Positions 28,836 through 39,331 of a stretch of DNA of 64,000 bases are shown piece after piece. This stretch comes from Candidatus Methanosuratincola verstraetei. Lineage in GTDB: Archaea > Thermoproteota > Methanomethylicia > Methanomethylicales > Methanomethylicaceae. Positions within the stretch are counted from its first letter, which is position 1. Each line of letters opens with the position of its first letter. A program made the position numbers and the translations under genes. The notes beneath the pieces were generated by a model. It was not told the DNA's origin, did not search any database, and saw nothing but the letters and a program-made list of their open reading frames with translations. The stretch is from assembly GCA_049570475.1 (NCBI GenBank), contig CP186953.1, positions 1,184,001 through 1,248,000 on the forward strand, in the 5' to 3' direction.

Positions 28836-30626
28836 ATGCCTTTGCTCTACGCCGATCTGGTGGATGTATATGACAGACTCAGCGCCACCACGAAGCGCTT
28901 GGAGATGACCGAGATCCTGGTCGATTTCTTCAAGCGCTGCCCGAGCGACTTGATCGACAAGGCCGTCTACCTCACGCAGGGCAGGCTCTACCCCGAGTTC
29001 ATACCGCTCGAGCTGGGGGTGGCAGACCGCCTGATAATACGCAGCATATCGCAGGCGGTAGCAGCGGCCGAGTCTGATGTCACTTCGCTCTACAAGAAGC
29101 TCGGCGACCTGGGAAAGGTTGCCGAAAGCCTGCTCTCAAGGGGGAAGAAGCAGGTCACGCTCCAATTCTTCTCCGGGGATCATTCAAAGGAGAAGGTTAC
29201 CGTGGAGAAGGTCTACAGCGTGCTTGACCGAATAGCGAGGTCCCAGGGCGAGGGATCCCAGGAGGAGAAGCTCCGCCTCCTCTCCGACCTTCTGAGGGAC
29301 GCCTCGCCAAGGGAAGCCCTTTACATAGTAAGGACCGTCTCTGGGGCGATGCGCCTTGGCGTTGCGGACATGACGATACTCGACGCGCTCTCAATCGCGT
29401 TCACAGGATCCAAGGATGCCAGGGAAGTGATCGAGCGTGCATACAACCTCACCAGCGACCTTGGGGCAATAGCCAAATCACTCGCAACCGGGGGGCTTGC
29501 CGCACTGGCTCAAACGAAACCCGTTCCCGGGAGGCCGATAAGGCCGATGCTTGCCGAGCGCCTCTCGGCACCCGAGGAGATCTTGGAGAAGATGGGAGGC
29601 AGGTGCGCGGTCGAGTACAAGTACGACGGGGAGAGGGTCCAGATACACCGTGGTGAAGAGGGCAAGGTGAATCTCTTCTCGCGGCGGCTCGAGAACATCA
29701 ACGGGCACTACCCTGATGTCGCTGAGCTTGCCTCGAGGAGCGTCTCCTCCAAGACCTTCATCGTGGAGGGGGAGATCGTCGCAGTGGACCCCTCGACAGG
29801 TGAGATGCTCCCGTTCCAGGAGCTGATGCATCGGAGGAGGAAATACGGCGTCGAGGAGGCAATGCAGGCATACCCTGCAGCGCTCAGGCTCTTCGATGCC
29901 CTTTATGTTGACGGCAGGGATTTGACCCTCGAGCCTTACCCTGTGAGGCGCGGGGTTCTGAGAGAAATAACGAAGGAGAGCGAGAGGATCTCGTTGGCGA
30001 CGCAAAGAGTCGTCGACAACCCCCGATCCTTGGAAGAGTTCTTCGAGGAGGCGATCAGCGAGGGGTGCGAGGGTCTTGTGGCGAAGTCGTTGGACGGGTC
30101 CTCCATATACAAGGCAGGGGCTAGGGGGTGGCTCTGGATAAAGTACAAGCGCGACTACAGGAGCGAGATGCAAGATTCGGTGGACCTGGTGGCCGTCGGG
30201 GCCTACTGGGGCACCGGGAGGAGGGCCGGAAAAATAGGCACACTCCTCCTTGCGGCCTACGACCCTGCGGAGGACATGTTCAGGACGGTATGCAAGTGCA
30301 GCACTGGTTTCAGCGACGAGGAGATCCAGAACATGCGGTCGATCTTTGAGAAAAGCATGATAACCCACAAGCACGCCAGGGTGGACTCGAAGCTGATCCC
30401 TGACATATGGCTGACCCCTTCGAAGGTGCTCGAGGTCAGGGGCGCAGAGATAACCCTCTCACCCATCCACACATGCGGCATGGGAACCATCCGGGAGGGG
30501 TCGGGGCTCGCGATCAGGTTCCCTAGATTCACCGGAAGATGGAGGGACGAGAAGAGCCCAGAGGATGCCACGACCGTCCAGGAGATAGTCGAGATGTACA
30601 GGCGGCAGCTGAAGAAGGTCGAGTGA
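28836..30626 (+). CDS. lig: ATP-dependent DNA ligase
   Basis: EYKYDGERVQIH, EGE, EGLVAK, WIKYKRDY, IRFPRF. Confidence 0.97.
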   Translation: MPLLYADLVDVYDRLSATTKRLEMTEILVDFFKRCPSDLIDKAVYLTQGRLYPEFIPLELGVADRLIIRSISQAVAAAESDVTSLYKKLGDLGKVAESLLSRGKKQVTLQFFSGDHSKEKVTVEKVYSVLDRIARSQGEGSQEEKLRLLSDLLRDASPREALYIVRTVSGAMRLGVADMTILDALSIAFTGSKDAREVIERAYNLTSDLGAIAKSLATGGLAALAQTKPVPGRPIRPMLAERLSAPEEILEKMGGRCAVEYKYDGERVQIHRGEEGKVNLFSRRLENINGHYPDVAELASRSVSSKTFIVEGEIVAVDPSTGEMLPFQELMHRRRKYGVEEAMQAYPAALRLFDALYVDGRDLTLEPYPVRRGVLREITKESERISLATQRVVDNPRSLEEFFEEAISEGCEGLVAKSLDGSSIYKAGARGWLWIKYKRDYRSEMQDSVDLVAVGAYWGTGRRAGKIGTLLLAAYDPAEDMFRTVCKCSTGFSDEEIQNMRSIFEKSMITHKHARVDSKLIPDIWLTPSKVLEVRGAEITLSPIHTCGMGTIREGSGLAIRFPRFTGRWRDEKSPEDATTVQEIVEMYRRQLKKVE

Positions 30627-30788
30627 TCCGCCCCGGGGCTGCCTGGGGGAGGGGGCAATCCGATGCAACCGCGAATGCATAACTTAATATATGGGGTTGG
30701 TTTTCATTCGAACAGGGATTGCCGAAGGAACTGAATTTTTTCAGCTTCTTTTGCGCGCCCAAGGAAAGGAAAGAAAGGAGGGAAGCAT

Positions 30789-31040
30789 GTGGGATACTAC
30801 CGTGAAGGCGCACGGAGATTCGGAGGTCCGAGACGCGGTCCAGCCAACTTCGGCCCCAAGCCTGTAGAAGAGGGCAAGGAATACGAAGTGGACATCAAGG
30901 AAGTCAGCAGGCGCGGCGAGGGAATCGCTCGCATAGAGGGCTTTGTAGTGTTCGTCCCGAACACCAAGGCAGGCGACCATGTCAAGATCAAGATCTCGAA
31001 GATCTCAAACCGTTTCGCAACAGCTGAAGTCGTACAGTAA
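30789..31040 (+). CDS. Single-TRAM-domain protein (archaeal RNA chaperone / cold-shock-like)
   Basis: PKPVEEGKEYEVDI...RGEGIARIEGFVVFVP...GDHVKIKI...FATAEVV; Gly/Arg-rich N-terminus. Confidence 0.92.
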   Translation: MGYYREGARRFGGPRRGPANFGPKPVEEGKEYEVDIKEVSRRGEGIARIEGFVVFVPNTKAGDHVKIKISKISNRFATAEVVQ

Positions 31041-31188
31041 GTAGTTTGATTGCATCCAGGAATGCAATCATTTTTTCTTTTTTATCATTTTCAAGGCCGC
31101 CCAGTCCGGTTTTTAGACCGCTTTTTTCTTCCACTGCATGCCATTCAACTAGCCGATCGTTTTTCCAGATCGAGTTTTTAACGGACTT

Positions 31189-31977
31189 TTGACCTTTTAT
31201 CTTCAGGTGGTGCTTCTTCAAGTGATCAATTATCCGTTCGGCAAGCTCGAGTTGGGTGAGGGGCTGGCGTTGACCCTGAACGGTATGCCGCTAAAGGGCG
31301 AACCGAGGCTGCTCCGGGACCTGAAGCCAGTGCTGAGGAACCCTGCTTTCGTGAACGATCAGAATTCTGGCAAGGTGCTGTACATGATGTACCGGTCTGT
31401 CGTCGCAGATCCGATGCACAGCGAGACTTTCAGGATGCACTCAGTGAGGTTCGACCTCACCGTGATGGACTACTGCCTCCTGGACAGGGAACCAAACAAG
31501 ACACTTGGTCACATACACCCCGAGGCCATGCCCGGTCTCTCTTACCCCGAGCTGTACCAGGTGCTCAACGGGAGGGCGGTCTACCTCCTCCAGAGGCTCC
31601 AGCGCGGAAGTGCGCAGGTGTCCGATTTCCTCGTCGTCGAAGCAGGTCCCGGGGATGCGGTGCTGATACCGCCGAACTACGGCCATGTGACGGTTAACGT
31701 GGGGGGGTGCCCCCTGGTCATGGCAAACTTGGTCTCAAACCGATTCTCATCGGACTACGGACCCTACAAGGAGCTCCGCGGCGCCTCGTACTACCTGTTG
31801 GAGAATGGCGAACTTGAGCCGAACCCGAACTACCCTGCCCCGCCAAAGCCGACCCGGTCCGATGCCAAGTACCCGGTTTCGAAGGACATTTACACTGACT
31901 TCATATGCTGCCCGAAGAGCTACTCCTTCCTGAACGACCCGACCAGGATAGGAGCAAGGTACTGCAAGGGGCAATGA
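31189..31977 (+). CDS. pgi: Cupin-type glucose-6-phosphate isomerase (start uncertain, likely GTG ~31210-31222)
   Basis: TLGHIH, ELYQV, IPPNYGHVTVN metal-binding cupin motifs; lies upstream of pgk and gap. Confidence 0.8.
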   Translation: MTFYLQVVLLQVINYPFGKLELGEGLALTLNGMPLKGEPRLLRDLKPVLRNPAFVNDQNSGKVLYMMYRSVVADPMHSETFRMHSVRFDLTVMDYCLLDREPNKTLGHIHPEAMPGLSYPELYQVLNGRAVYLLQRLQRGSAQVSDFLVVEAGPGDAVLIPPNYGHVTVNVGGCPLVMANLVSNRFSSDYGPYKELRGASYYLLENGELEPNPNYPAPPKPTRSDAKYPVSKDIYTDFICCPKSYSFLNDPTRIGARYCKGQ

Positions 31978-32045
31978 GCCTGTCGGTTATAGTCAGACCT
32001 TAAATCTTTTAAATGGCAGATTATCATTTGTGGTCAGTGAGGCGT

Positions 32046-33293
32046 ATGCAACTCCGCTCTCTCCCGTTCTACACGATGGACGACTTCAATTTTGATGGCA
32101 AGAAGGTCCTGCTCAGGGTTGACATAAATTCGCCGATTGATCCTAAGACAGGCAATATCCTCGACGACACCCGGATAAGGAGCCACGCCCAGACAGTGAA
32201 GGAGCTGATCAAGCTCGGGGCATCGGTAGCCATACTCGCTCACCAGGGGAGGCCTGGCGACAGCGACTTCACAATGCTGGGGGCGCATTCGATCATACTC
32301 TCGAGGCACCTCGGGATGGAAGTCAACTATGTGGAGGATCTCTTCGGGCCATATGCAAGGTCGCAGATCTCATCGATGAAGCCCGGCGAGGTCCTCTTGC
32401 TTGAGAACACGCGTTTCTACTCCGAGGAGAACATCGAGAAGGTCCCCGAGGCGCAGGCCAAGACCTTCCTCGTGAAGATCCTCAGCCCGCTCTTCTCCGT
32501 CTACGTGAACGACGCGTTCGCGACCGCCCACCGATCCCACCCTTCTCTTGTGGGTTTCCCGATGGTCATGCCTTCGGCGGGCGGCAGGCTGCTCCAGAGG
32601 GAGGTCGAGATACTGAGCAGCCTCTTCGAGCCCTCCTCGAAGCCCTGCATATTCGTGCTGGGCGGGGGCAAGGTCCCTGACTCGGTCCAGCTGATGGAGA
32701 CCCTCCTCCCCAAGGGGCTCGCCGACAAGGTCCTGCTGACTGGGCTCATATCCCACCTCTTCCTCATCGCCCAGGGTAAGCGCGTAGGCAAGGCGACGAC
32801 CAAGATCATGGAGGGGAAGGGGCTCAATGCGCTGCTGCCCCGCGCAGAGGCGCTGCTGAAGAAGTACGGGGACATGATTCTGACCCCTGTGGACATCGCA
32901 TACCTCAAGGGTGATGCGCGCGTCGAGGCCCCGCTCGACCGCATTCCGGACGATTCGCCCATCTACGACATCGGCGAGTCAACGATCTCGATGTATTCGG
33001 CGCTGCTGAGGGATGCAAAGACCGTCATAATGAGGGGTCCTGCGGGCTACATCGAGGATCCGAGGTTTGCCCGCGGATCTGAGGGTCTCCTGCAGGCGCT
33101 GGTGAGCAGCAGGGCGGTCTCCCTCCTGGGCGGCGGGCACCTCAGGGCGATCTCCGAGAGGCTCGGCATCGCAGAAAAGATTGGCTACTTCAGCACAGGG
33201 GGCGGAGCCTTCATCACTTTCCTCTCCGGGGAGAAGCTCCCCGCATTGGAAGTCTTAATAGCATCCAAGCAGAAGTTTAACTCGGACAAGTGA
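32046..33293 (+). CDS. pgk: Phosphoglycerate kinase
   Basis: LLRVDINSP, AHQGRPG, LLENTRF, VNDAFATAHR, STGGGA. Confidence 0.97.
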   Translation: MQLRSLPFYTMDDFNFDGKKVLLRVDINSPIDPKTGNILDDTRIRSHAQTVKELIKLGASVAILAHQGRPGDSDFTMLGAHSIILSRHLGMEVNYVEDLFGPYARSQISSMKPGEVLLLENTRFYSEENIEKVPEAQAKTFLVKILSPLFSVYVNDAFATAHRSHPSLVGFPMVMPSAGGRLLQREVEILSSLFEPSSKPCIFVLGGGKVPDSVQLMETLLPKGLADKVLLTGLISHLFLIAQGKRVGKATTKIMEGKGLNALLPRAEALLKKYGDMILTPVDIAYLKGDARVEAPLDRIPDDSPIYDIGESTISMYSALLRDAKTVIMRGPAGYIEDPRFARGSEGLLQALVSSRAVSLLGGGHLRAISERLGIAEKIGYFSTGGGAFITFLSGEKLPALEVLIASKQKFNSDK

Positions 33294-33309
33294 TTTGGGG
33301 GGCAATGCA

Positions 33310-34332
33310 ATGAAGGTAAGGGTAGGTATAAACGGATACGGAACAATCGGGAAGCGGGTTGCGGATGCAGTACTTATGCAGAGGGACATGATCCTGGCTG
33401 GGGTCACCAAGACCAAGCCGAACTTCGAGGCAAGGATGGCAAGGCAGAAGGGGATAAAGGTCTACGCCGCGTCCGCAGAGAAGCTGCAGGCATTCAAGGA
33501 CGCCGGCATGGATGTCCAAGGGACTCTGGAGGATCTCCTCAATGAGGTCGACGTGATAGTCGACTGCACCCCGGGTAAGGTCGGGGCGACCTACAAGCCC
33601 CTGTACGAGAAGCACAAGGTCAAGGCGATATTCCAGGGGGGCGAGAAGCACGAAGTGGCGGGCTTCTCGTTCAACGCGGCCTGCAACTACAAGGAGGCCC
33701 TCGGCAGGGATTTCGTGAGGGTGGTCTCCTGCAACACCACAGGGCTCTGCAGGTCCCTCTACTCGATGGACACCGCATTCGGCATCAAGAAAGCCAGGGT
33801 GGTCCTGATCAGGAGGGGGGCTGACCCATCGGAGGACAAGAAGGGCCCTATAAACAGCATCCTCCCTGACCCTGTGAGCATCCCGTCGCACCACGGCCCG
33901 GACGTCCAGAAGGTCCTGCCCAAGATCGACATAACGACCTCGGCTTTCGCCGTCCCCACCACCCTGATGCATGTCCACTGGCTCAACCTGGAGCTGCAGA
34001 AAGAGGCAGCGGAGCCGGAGATCCTCTCCGCTCTCTCGAAGTACCCGCGGATAAGGCTGGTCTCGGCTTCCGACGGGATCGACTCGACTGCCCAGGTGAT
34101 AGAGTACGCTAGGGACCTGGGGAGGCGCAGATACGACATGCCCGAGCTCATAATCTTCAAGGAGTCGATCAAGTCCTTCGGAAGGGAGGTCTACCTGACA
34201 CAGGCGGTCCACCAGGAGTCGATAGTCGTCCCGGAAAACATCGACGCCATAAGGGCAATGACCAACCTCTGCGGTACTGCCGAGGAGTCGATGAGGATGA
34301 CGGACGAGAGCCTGGGGCTGGGGGGAACCTGA
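33310..34332 (+). CDS. gap: Glyceraldehyde-3-phosphate dehydrogenase, archaeal type II
   Basis: INGYGTIGKRVADA, VVSCNTTG, SHHGPDV, HQESIVVPENIDAIRA. Confidence 0.97.
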   Translation: MKVRVGINGYGTIGKRVADAVLMQRDMILAGVTKTKPNFEARMARQKGIKVYAASAEKLQAFKDAGMDVQGTLEDLLNEVDVIVDCTPGKVGATYKPLYEKHKVKAIFQGGEKHEVAGFSFNAACNYKEALGRDFVRVVSCNTTGLCRSLYSMDTAFGIKKARVVLIRRGADPSEDKKGPINSILPDPVSIPSHHGPDVQKVLPKIDITTSAFAVPTTLMHVHWLNLELQKEAAEPEILSALSKYPRIRLVSASDGIDSTAQVIEYARDLGRRRYDMPELIIFKESIKSFGREVYLTQAVHQESIVVPENIDAIRAMTNLCGTAEESMRMTDESLGLGGT

Positions 34333-34336
34333 GGCC

Positions 34337-34759
34337 TTGTTCAAGAAGATCCTGATACCGATCGACGGTTCCCCAGCCTCGCTGAGGGCCCTCGACCTAG
34401 CGATCGAGTTCGCGATGAAGGACGGATCGAAGCTGACCCTCATCCATGTGGTAAGCCCTACCCCCGTCTGCAGCAAGCCGGCTGTGATAGATGAGATGAA
34501 GAGCATCGGGAACTCTGTCCTAGAGGCTGCTGCTGCCAAGTGCGATGGCTTCGGGATCTCCGCAAAGAAGGTTCTCAAGGTCGCGGAGGGCAACCAGACC
34601 TCGACCGCCTACGAGATCTTCAGGGAGGCTGTGGACGGAAACTACGACTGCGTGATCATAGGGTCCAGGGGATACTCCGGGGGGATGGGGATCCTGATGG
34701 GTAGCGTCGCGATCTCGGTGGCGCTCAGCCTGCCCTGCACAACAATAATCGTCAGGTAG
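34337..34759 (+). CDS. Universal stress protein (UspA family)
   Basis: KKILIPIDGS, IIGSRG...LMGSVA. Confidence 0.9.
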   Translation: MFKKILIPIDGSPASLRALDLAIEFAMKDGSKLTLIHVVSPTPVCSKPAVIDEMKSIGNSVLEAAAAKCDGFGISAKKVLKVAEGNQTSTAYEIFREAVDGNYDCVIIGSRGYSGGMGILMGSVAISVALSLPCTTIIVR

Positions 34760-34821
34760 AATCCACGATCAGCTGTGCGGCTGGGTTAAGTTGGATCGAT
34801 CGGATGGTCTGGTGAGGCTGC

Positions 34822-36222
34822 TTGCAGGGGAAGATCTCATTCGGGACTGACGGGTGGCGCTCCAGGCTGGACAGCGGCTTCACAGCCGAGAACGTCCGGC
34901 GGGTCGCTTTTGCCATAGCGGATCATATACTTGAATCCGGATCGACCGGGAGGGGTGTGTTCATAGGCTACGACGGGAGGGCTCACTCGAAGGGGTTTGC
35001 CGAGGAGTGCGCCCGCGTGCTCGCATCAAAGGGGATCCCCTCCTACCTCCCCCCCGGACCATTGCCGACGCCGGTCGCCGCATTCTCTGCTGTCAGGTAC
35101 TCGCTCGCCGGGTCCATAATGATTACTGCCTCGCACAACCCCCCCGAGTACAATGGCATAAAGTTCATACCCGAATACGGCGGCCCTGCGATGCCCGATG
35201 TCACGAATGGGATAGAGAGCCGCATACCCGCCGAGCCCCCCGCCGTTACCGAAGCCGCAAGCAGCGGCCTGATCTCCGAGCTCGACCCCTATGAGGACTA
35301 CCTCCGGCACCTGCGTGGGCTGGTCAAGTGCGATCTATCCGGTCTCCGCATCGTCCTTGATCCGATGCACGGCGCCACAGCGGGGTACGCGAGCAGGATC
35401 TTCTCCGAGATGGGGGCGGAAGTGGAGGCTGTGAGGGGCAAGATCGACCCATTGTTCGGGGGGACGATCCCCGATCCCACGCCCGAGAACCTCTCTGGGC
35501 TAAGGTCGAAGGTGATCGCGTCTGGATCAGACATGGGGATCGCATTCGACGGCGACGGGGACCGGATCGCCGCCGTCACAAGGGACGGGGTTTTCCTGGC
35601 GGTCAACCAGCTCCTCCCCATCCTCTACCTCCACATGATGGAGCGGAGGTCGATGGTCGGGGACGCCGCGAGGACGGTCGCGACGAGCCACTTGGTGGAC
35701 AGGGTCGCGGACGACCACGGACAAAAGGTGATCGAGGTGCCGGTAGGCTTCAAGTATATCGGCGTGCTGCTCAGGGAGAATGCGGTCGTCATCGGCGGGG
35801 AGGAGAGCGGCGGCATGAGCTTCTTGAACCACATCCCCGAGAAGGACGGCATAGCCTCCGCCGCCATCCTAATGGAAGCGGTCAAGTCATCAGGCCAAAG
35901 CCTGGGCGGCCTATATAATGGGCTGATCTCCAAGTACGGGCGCCTTTGCTCAGCCAGGCTGGACCTCCGCGCCTCATTCGGGGGCGACATCATGCGCCTC
36001 ATCGAGGGCGAAGCCGCAGCCAAGCGCGAGATCCTCCGCAGGAGGGTGGCTGGGGTGAACAGGAAGGACGGCATCAAGATCATGCTCGAGGACGGGTCCT
36101 GGATCCTCTTCAGGAAGTCTGGCACAGAGAACGTAGTGAGGATCTACGCAGAGTCTGGCGAGGATGCCCTCACGGCGGATCTCCTCTCGTACGGGAAATC
36201 CCTGGTTTTTAGTTTCATATGA
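34822..36222 (+). CDS. Phosphoglucomutase/phosphomannomutase
   Basis: FGTDGWR, TASHNP, DGDGDR, GEESGG, RKSGTE. Confidence 0.93.
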   Translation: MQGKISFGTDGWRSRLDSGFTAENVRRVAFAIADHILESGSTGRGVFIGYDGRAHSKGFAEECARVLASKGIPSYLPPGPLPTPVAAFSAVRYSLAGSIMITASHNPPEYNGIKFIPEYGGPAMPDVTNGIESRIPAEPPAVTEAASSGLISELDPYEDYLRHLRGLVKCDLSGLRIVLDPMHGATAGYASRIFSEMGAEVEAVRGKIDPLFGGTIPDPTPENLSGLRSKVIASGSDMGIAFDGDGDRIAAVTRDGVFLAVNQLLPILYLHMMERRSMVGDAARTVATSHLVDRVADDHGQKVIEVPVGFKYIGVLLRENAVVIGGEESGGMSFLNHIPEKDGIASAAILMEAVKSSGQSLGGLYNGLISKYGRLCSARLDLRASFGGDIMRLIEGEAAAKREILRRRVAGVNRKDGIKIMLEDGSWILFRKSGTENVVRIYAESGEDALTADLLSYGKSLVFSFI

Positions 36223-36271
36223 AACGGAAATTTTAAATTTGATCACGCGAAGCACCTACCGGTGCTTCTTT

Positions 36272-37318
36272 GTGAAAAGATCGACCAAAGCATTGATCTT
36301 TGCAGTAATGGCGATAGTCGTCGCCTCCTCGGCAGGCATGCTCCTTGCGGGGGGTTACCTGAATGGCTCCTCCGGCGTGAAGATAGTCGACATGTCGGGA
36401 AGGGTCGTCCAGCTGAACTCGACCGCCAACAGGGTCGTGATCTTGGAGTCATACTGGACCGAGATCGCCTGCGCCCTCGGCGCCCAGGACAAGATAGTGG
36501 GCATCGGGAGCTACGTGACATCATCTGTCTTCATACCCGACTCGGTCAAGAACAAGACCGTCGTCGGCAATGTCTTCTCGGGAGTCAACATTGAGACTGT
36601 CCTCTCCCTCAAGCCTGACCTGGTGATAATGGACTACGGGTACGGCAAGTCAGAGGAGATCGTGAGGGCGCTCGAGGGGGCCGGGGTGCCTGCCGTCACC
36701 CTCTTCGCAAAGAACTTCGCCGACATCGCGAACGCGACAGTGATCATAGGGCAGGCGCTCGGTAAGCAAGACCGGGCGCAGGCCCTCGCGGGCTACATCA
36801 ACGGGATCCACTCCCAGCTGATGGCCAACGCCAGCAGGATACCTGTTGCCGAGAGGCCGCGCGTGCTGATCTGCAACCTCGACGTCTGGAAGGACGGGCT
36901 GATCTACACATACTCAAACACGAGCTGGGGCAACGTGGTCGTGGACGTCGGCGGGATCAACGTCGCCCACGCGGGCTTCGGGGACAAGTCGTGGGTCAAG
37001 GTGAACATGGAGCAGGTCCTCCTTTGGGACCCTGACATCATCGTGATTGTCGGGAGGACCCAGTCTGCACTCGCCTCCCAGATCAGCTCGATGAACGACA
37101 CCAACTGGCTCAGCCTCCGAGCCGTCAGGGAGGGCAAGGTCTACCCTGTGCTCACCGGCTCTTATGACCGGAACAGCTACCTCGACTGGACCCCTAGGAT
37201 GGTCGCCGGCGAGCTCCAGCTGGCTTCAATCATACAGCCTGCACACTTCGCCTCCGTCAACTGGACGTCCGTCAGGGACCAGCTCATGGACGGGTACTAC
37301 GGTTACCTGAAAAGCTGA
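36272..37318 (+). CDS. ABC transporter substrate-binding protein (Fe-siderophore/cobalamin class)
   Basis: N-terminal anchor; DMSGRVV, NIETVLSLKPDLV, EQVLLWDPDII, AVREGKVY; GTG start. Confidence 0.88.
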   Translation: MKRSTKALIFAVMAIVVASSAGMLLAGGYLNGSSGVKIVDMSGRVVQLNSTANRVVILESYWTEIACALGAQDKIVGIGSYVTSSVFIPDSVKNKTVVGNVFSGVNIETVLSLKPDLVIMDYGYGKSEEIVRALEGAGVPAVTLFAKNFADIANATVIIGQALGKQDRAQALAGYINGIHSQLMANASRIPVAERPRVLICNLDVWKDGLIYTYSNTSWGNVVVDVGGINVAHAGFGDKSWVKVNMEQVLLWDPDIIVIVGRTQSALASQISSMNDTNWLSLRAVREGKVYPVLTGSYDRNSYLDWTPRMVAGELQLASIIQPAHFASVNWTSVRDQLMDGYYGYLKS

Positions 37319-37363
37319 TAAGCACCCCCTTTTCCCCTTTCTTCATACCTTGAGTGGTTCCAA

Positions 37364-38383
37364 ATGCAAAAAAAGAGGATACTTATCTCCGCGCTGCTTC
37401 TGCTCCCGCTGCCCGTGCTAGTGACATCCCTCTTCGTGGGCATCTACTCGATCGACCCTTTCACCGTGCTAAGCATTCTCGCAAAGCGCGTCTCAGACCC
37501 GCTGGGGTCGGCGCCCTGGCCGGAGGTGTACGAGACGATCGTCTTCAACATCCGCATGCCAAGGGTCCTCCTCGCCCTGGTGGGGGGGATCGCCCTCTCA
37601 GTCTCCGGCGCCTCGCTCCAGGGAGTCTTCAGGAACCCGCTCGTCGACACCTACATCCTGGGGGTCTCGGCGGGCGCAGGGCTCGGCGCAGCGATCGGGA
37701 TCGCCTACTTCGCGGGGATCCCCGGATCAGTCCAGTTCCTCTCCTTCGCGATGGGATTCGCCGCCTTCTTCACGACCTACACCGTCGCCAAGAGCAAGGG
37801 CGAGACCCCGGTCATATCCCTCGTCCTCGCGGGCGTGATAGTGACCGCGCTCTTCTCGGCGCTCCTCTCCATAATCAAGTTCTTCACCGAGTCGGAGAAG
37901 CTCGCTGGCGTTGTGTATTGGATGATGGGGAGCCTCGCGGTGACAGGTTGGGGGCCGCTCAGCCAGACCGCCCCCCTGATCCTGGTTGGGTTCGCGATCG
38001 TCTTCCTCATGCGGTGGAGGATAAACGTGCTCTCCATGGGGGACGAGGAGGCGAAGGCCCTCGGGGTAAACGTGGGGAGGGACAGGTTTGTCGTGCTGCT
38101 TGCTTCGACGCTCATGGTCTCCGCCTTCGTCTCCGTTGCTGGCATAATCGGCTGGATAGGCCTCGTCGTACCGCACACGGTGAGGATGCTCTTGGGCACC
38201 CCTGACAACAGGGTCGTCGTGCCCGTTTCCGCCAGCCTCGGGGCGGTCTTCCTGATGGTCGCGGACGACCTGGCGCGCTCGGTAGCCTCGTTCGAGCTCC
38301 CGGTCGGGGTGATCACCACCCTGGTCGGGGCCCCGTTCTTCCTCTACCTGCTCAAGCTGAGGGGGGGATCTGCATGGAAGTAG
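37364..38383 (+). CDS. FecCD/BtuC-family ABC permease
   Basis: IRMPR, FRNPLV, GVSAGA, MGDEEAKALG, GWIGLVVPH, GAPFF. Confidence 0.93.
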   Translation: MQKKRILISALLLLPLPVLVTSLFVGIYSIDPFTVLSILAKRVSDPLGSAPWPEVYETIVFNIRMPRVLLALVGGIALSVSGASLQGVFRNPLVDTYILGVSAGAGLGAAIGIAYFAGIPGSVQFLSFAMGFAAFFTTYTVAKSKGETPVISLVLAGVIVTALFSALLSIIKFFTESEKLAGVVYWMMGSLAVTGWGPLSQTAPLILVGFAIVFLMRWRINVLSMGDEEAKALGVNVGRDRFVVLLASTLMVSAFVSVAGIIGWIGLVVPHTVRMLLGTPDNRVVVPVSASLGAVFLMVADDLARSVASFELPVGVITTLVGAPFFLYLLKLRGGSAWK

Positions 38384-39144
38384 TCCGGATCTCTGGGCTC
38401 GAGTTCTCTTACGGCGACCTATTCTCCGTGAGTGCAGACTCGCTATCCGTCGGGGGCGGCGAGGTCCTCACGCTCCTGGGCCCAAACGGTTCGGGCAAGA
38501 CGACCCTGCTCAAGTGCATCAACGCGCTCCTGAAGCCTTGCTCCGGATCAATCGAAATCTGCGGCAGGGACATCCTTAGCTACACCAGGAACGAGCTATC
38601 GAGGGCTATCGGCTACGTCCCCCAGTCGCACACCCCTTCCTTCCCCTTCTCGGTGCTGGACGTTGTCCTGATGGGGAGGGTCTCGTACCTGAGCATCTTC
38701 CAGCAGCCCTCGAAGGCTGACTACAGGAAAGCTGAGGAGGCGCTCTCGACCGTCGGAATCTCGGCCATGCGCGACCGTCCATACACGAACATCAGCGGTG
38801 GCGAGAGGCAGCTCGTGCTGATCGCCCGGGCGATAGCGCAGGAGCCGAAGCTCCTCCTACTCGACGAGCCGACCGCCCACCTCGACTTCCGGAACCAGGT
38901 CACGACGCTCGAGACCGTCAGGAGGCTCTCAAGGGAGAGGGGAATCGGGGTTGTGATGAGCCTCCACGACCCGAACCACGCACTGATGTACTCCGACCGC
39001 ATAGCCTTGATGAAAGGCGGGAGGATCCTGCACAAGGGGCGCCCTGGGGACGTTGTCAACGAGGGTACGATCGAGGAGGTCTACGGGATCCCAGTCGAGA
39101 TGATCGATCACAACGGGAGGAAGTTCATACTCCCGCGGGTCTGA
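38374..39144 (+). CDS. FecE/BtuD-family ABC ATPase
   Basis: GPNGSGKT, ISGGERQ, LLDEPTAHLD, HDPN. Confidence 0.93.
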   Translation: MEVVRISGLEFSYGDLFSVSADSLSVGGGEVLTLLGPNGSGKTTLLKCINALLKPCSGSIEICGRDILSYTRNELSRAIGYVPQSHTPSFPFSVLDVVLMGRVSYLSIFQQPSKADYRKAEEALSTVGISAMRDRPYTNISGGERQLVLIARAIAQEPKLLLLDEPTAHLDFRNQVTTLETVRRLSRERGIGVVMSLHDPNHALMYSDRIALMKGGRILHKGRPGDVVNEGTIEEVYGIPVEMIDHNGRKFILPRV

Positions 39145-39331
39145 TCGGCTTTCATTGCCCTTTCCGGTCTACTTTCCTCTGCTTGTCTCATTCAGGCGAC
39201 TTCCTGATGACGGCCCTTGCATTTTTGACATTTCGAAGATCGCGCGATATCCAAAAAAAGATAAGCCACCAGAAGATAAAAAACAATTGTTTGTTCTCCG
39301 CATGGACAAATCACATGGCGTGGATGATCAC

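Noticed and set aside
33277-34593. 438-aa antisense ORF, and many similar shadow ORFs (e.g. 1952-2758, 29478-30374)
   Set aside because: They lie opposite well-supported genes, carry no motifs, and are expected from GC-rich codon bias.
36223-36271. Possible cobalamin riboswitch ahead of the ABC transporter
   Set aside because: Only ~50 bp of intergenic space and no B12-box-like sequence; the substrate is left unassigned.
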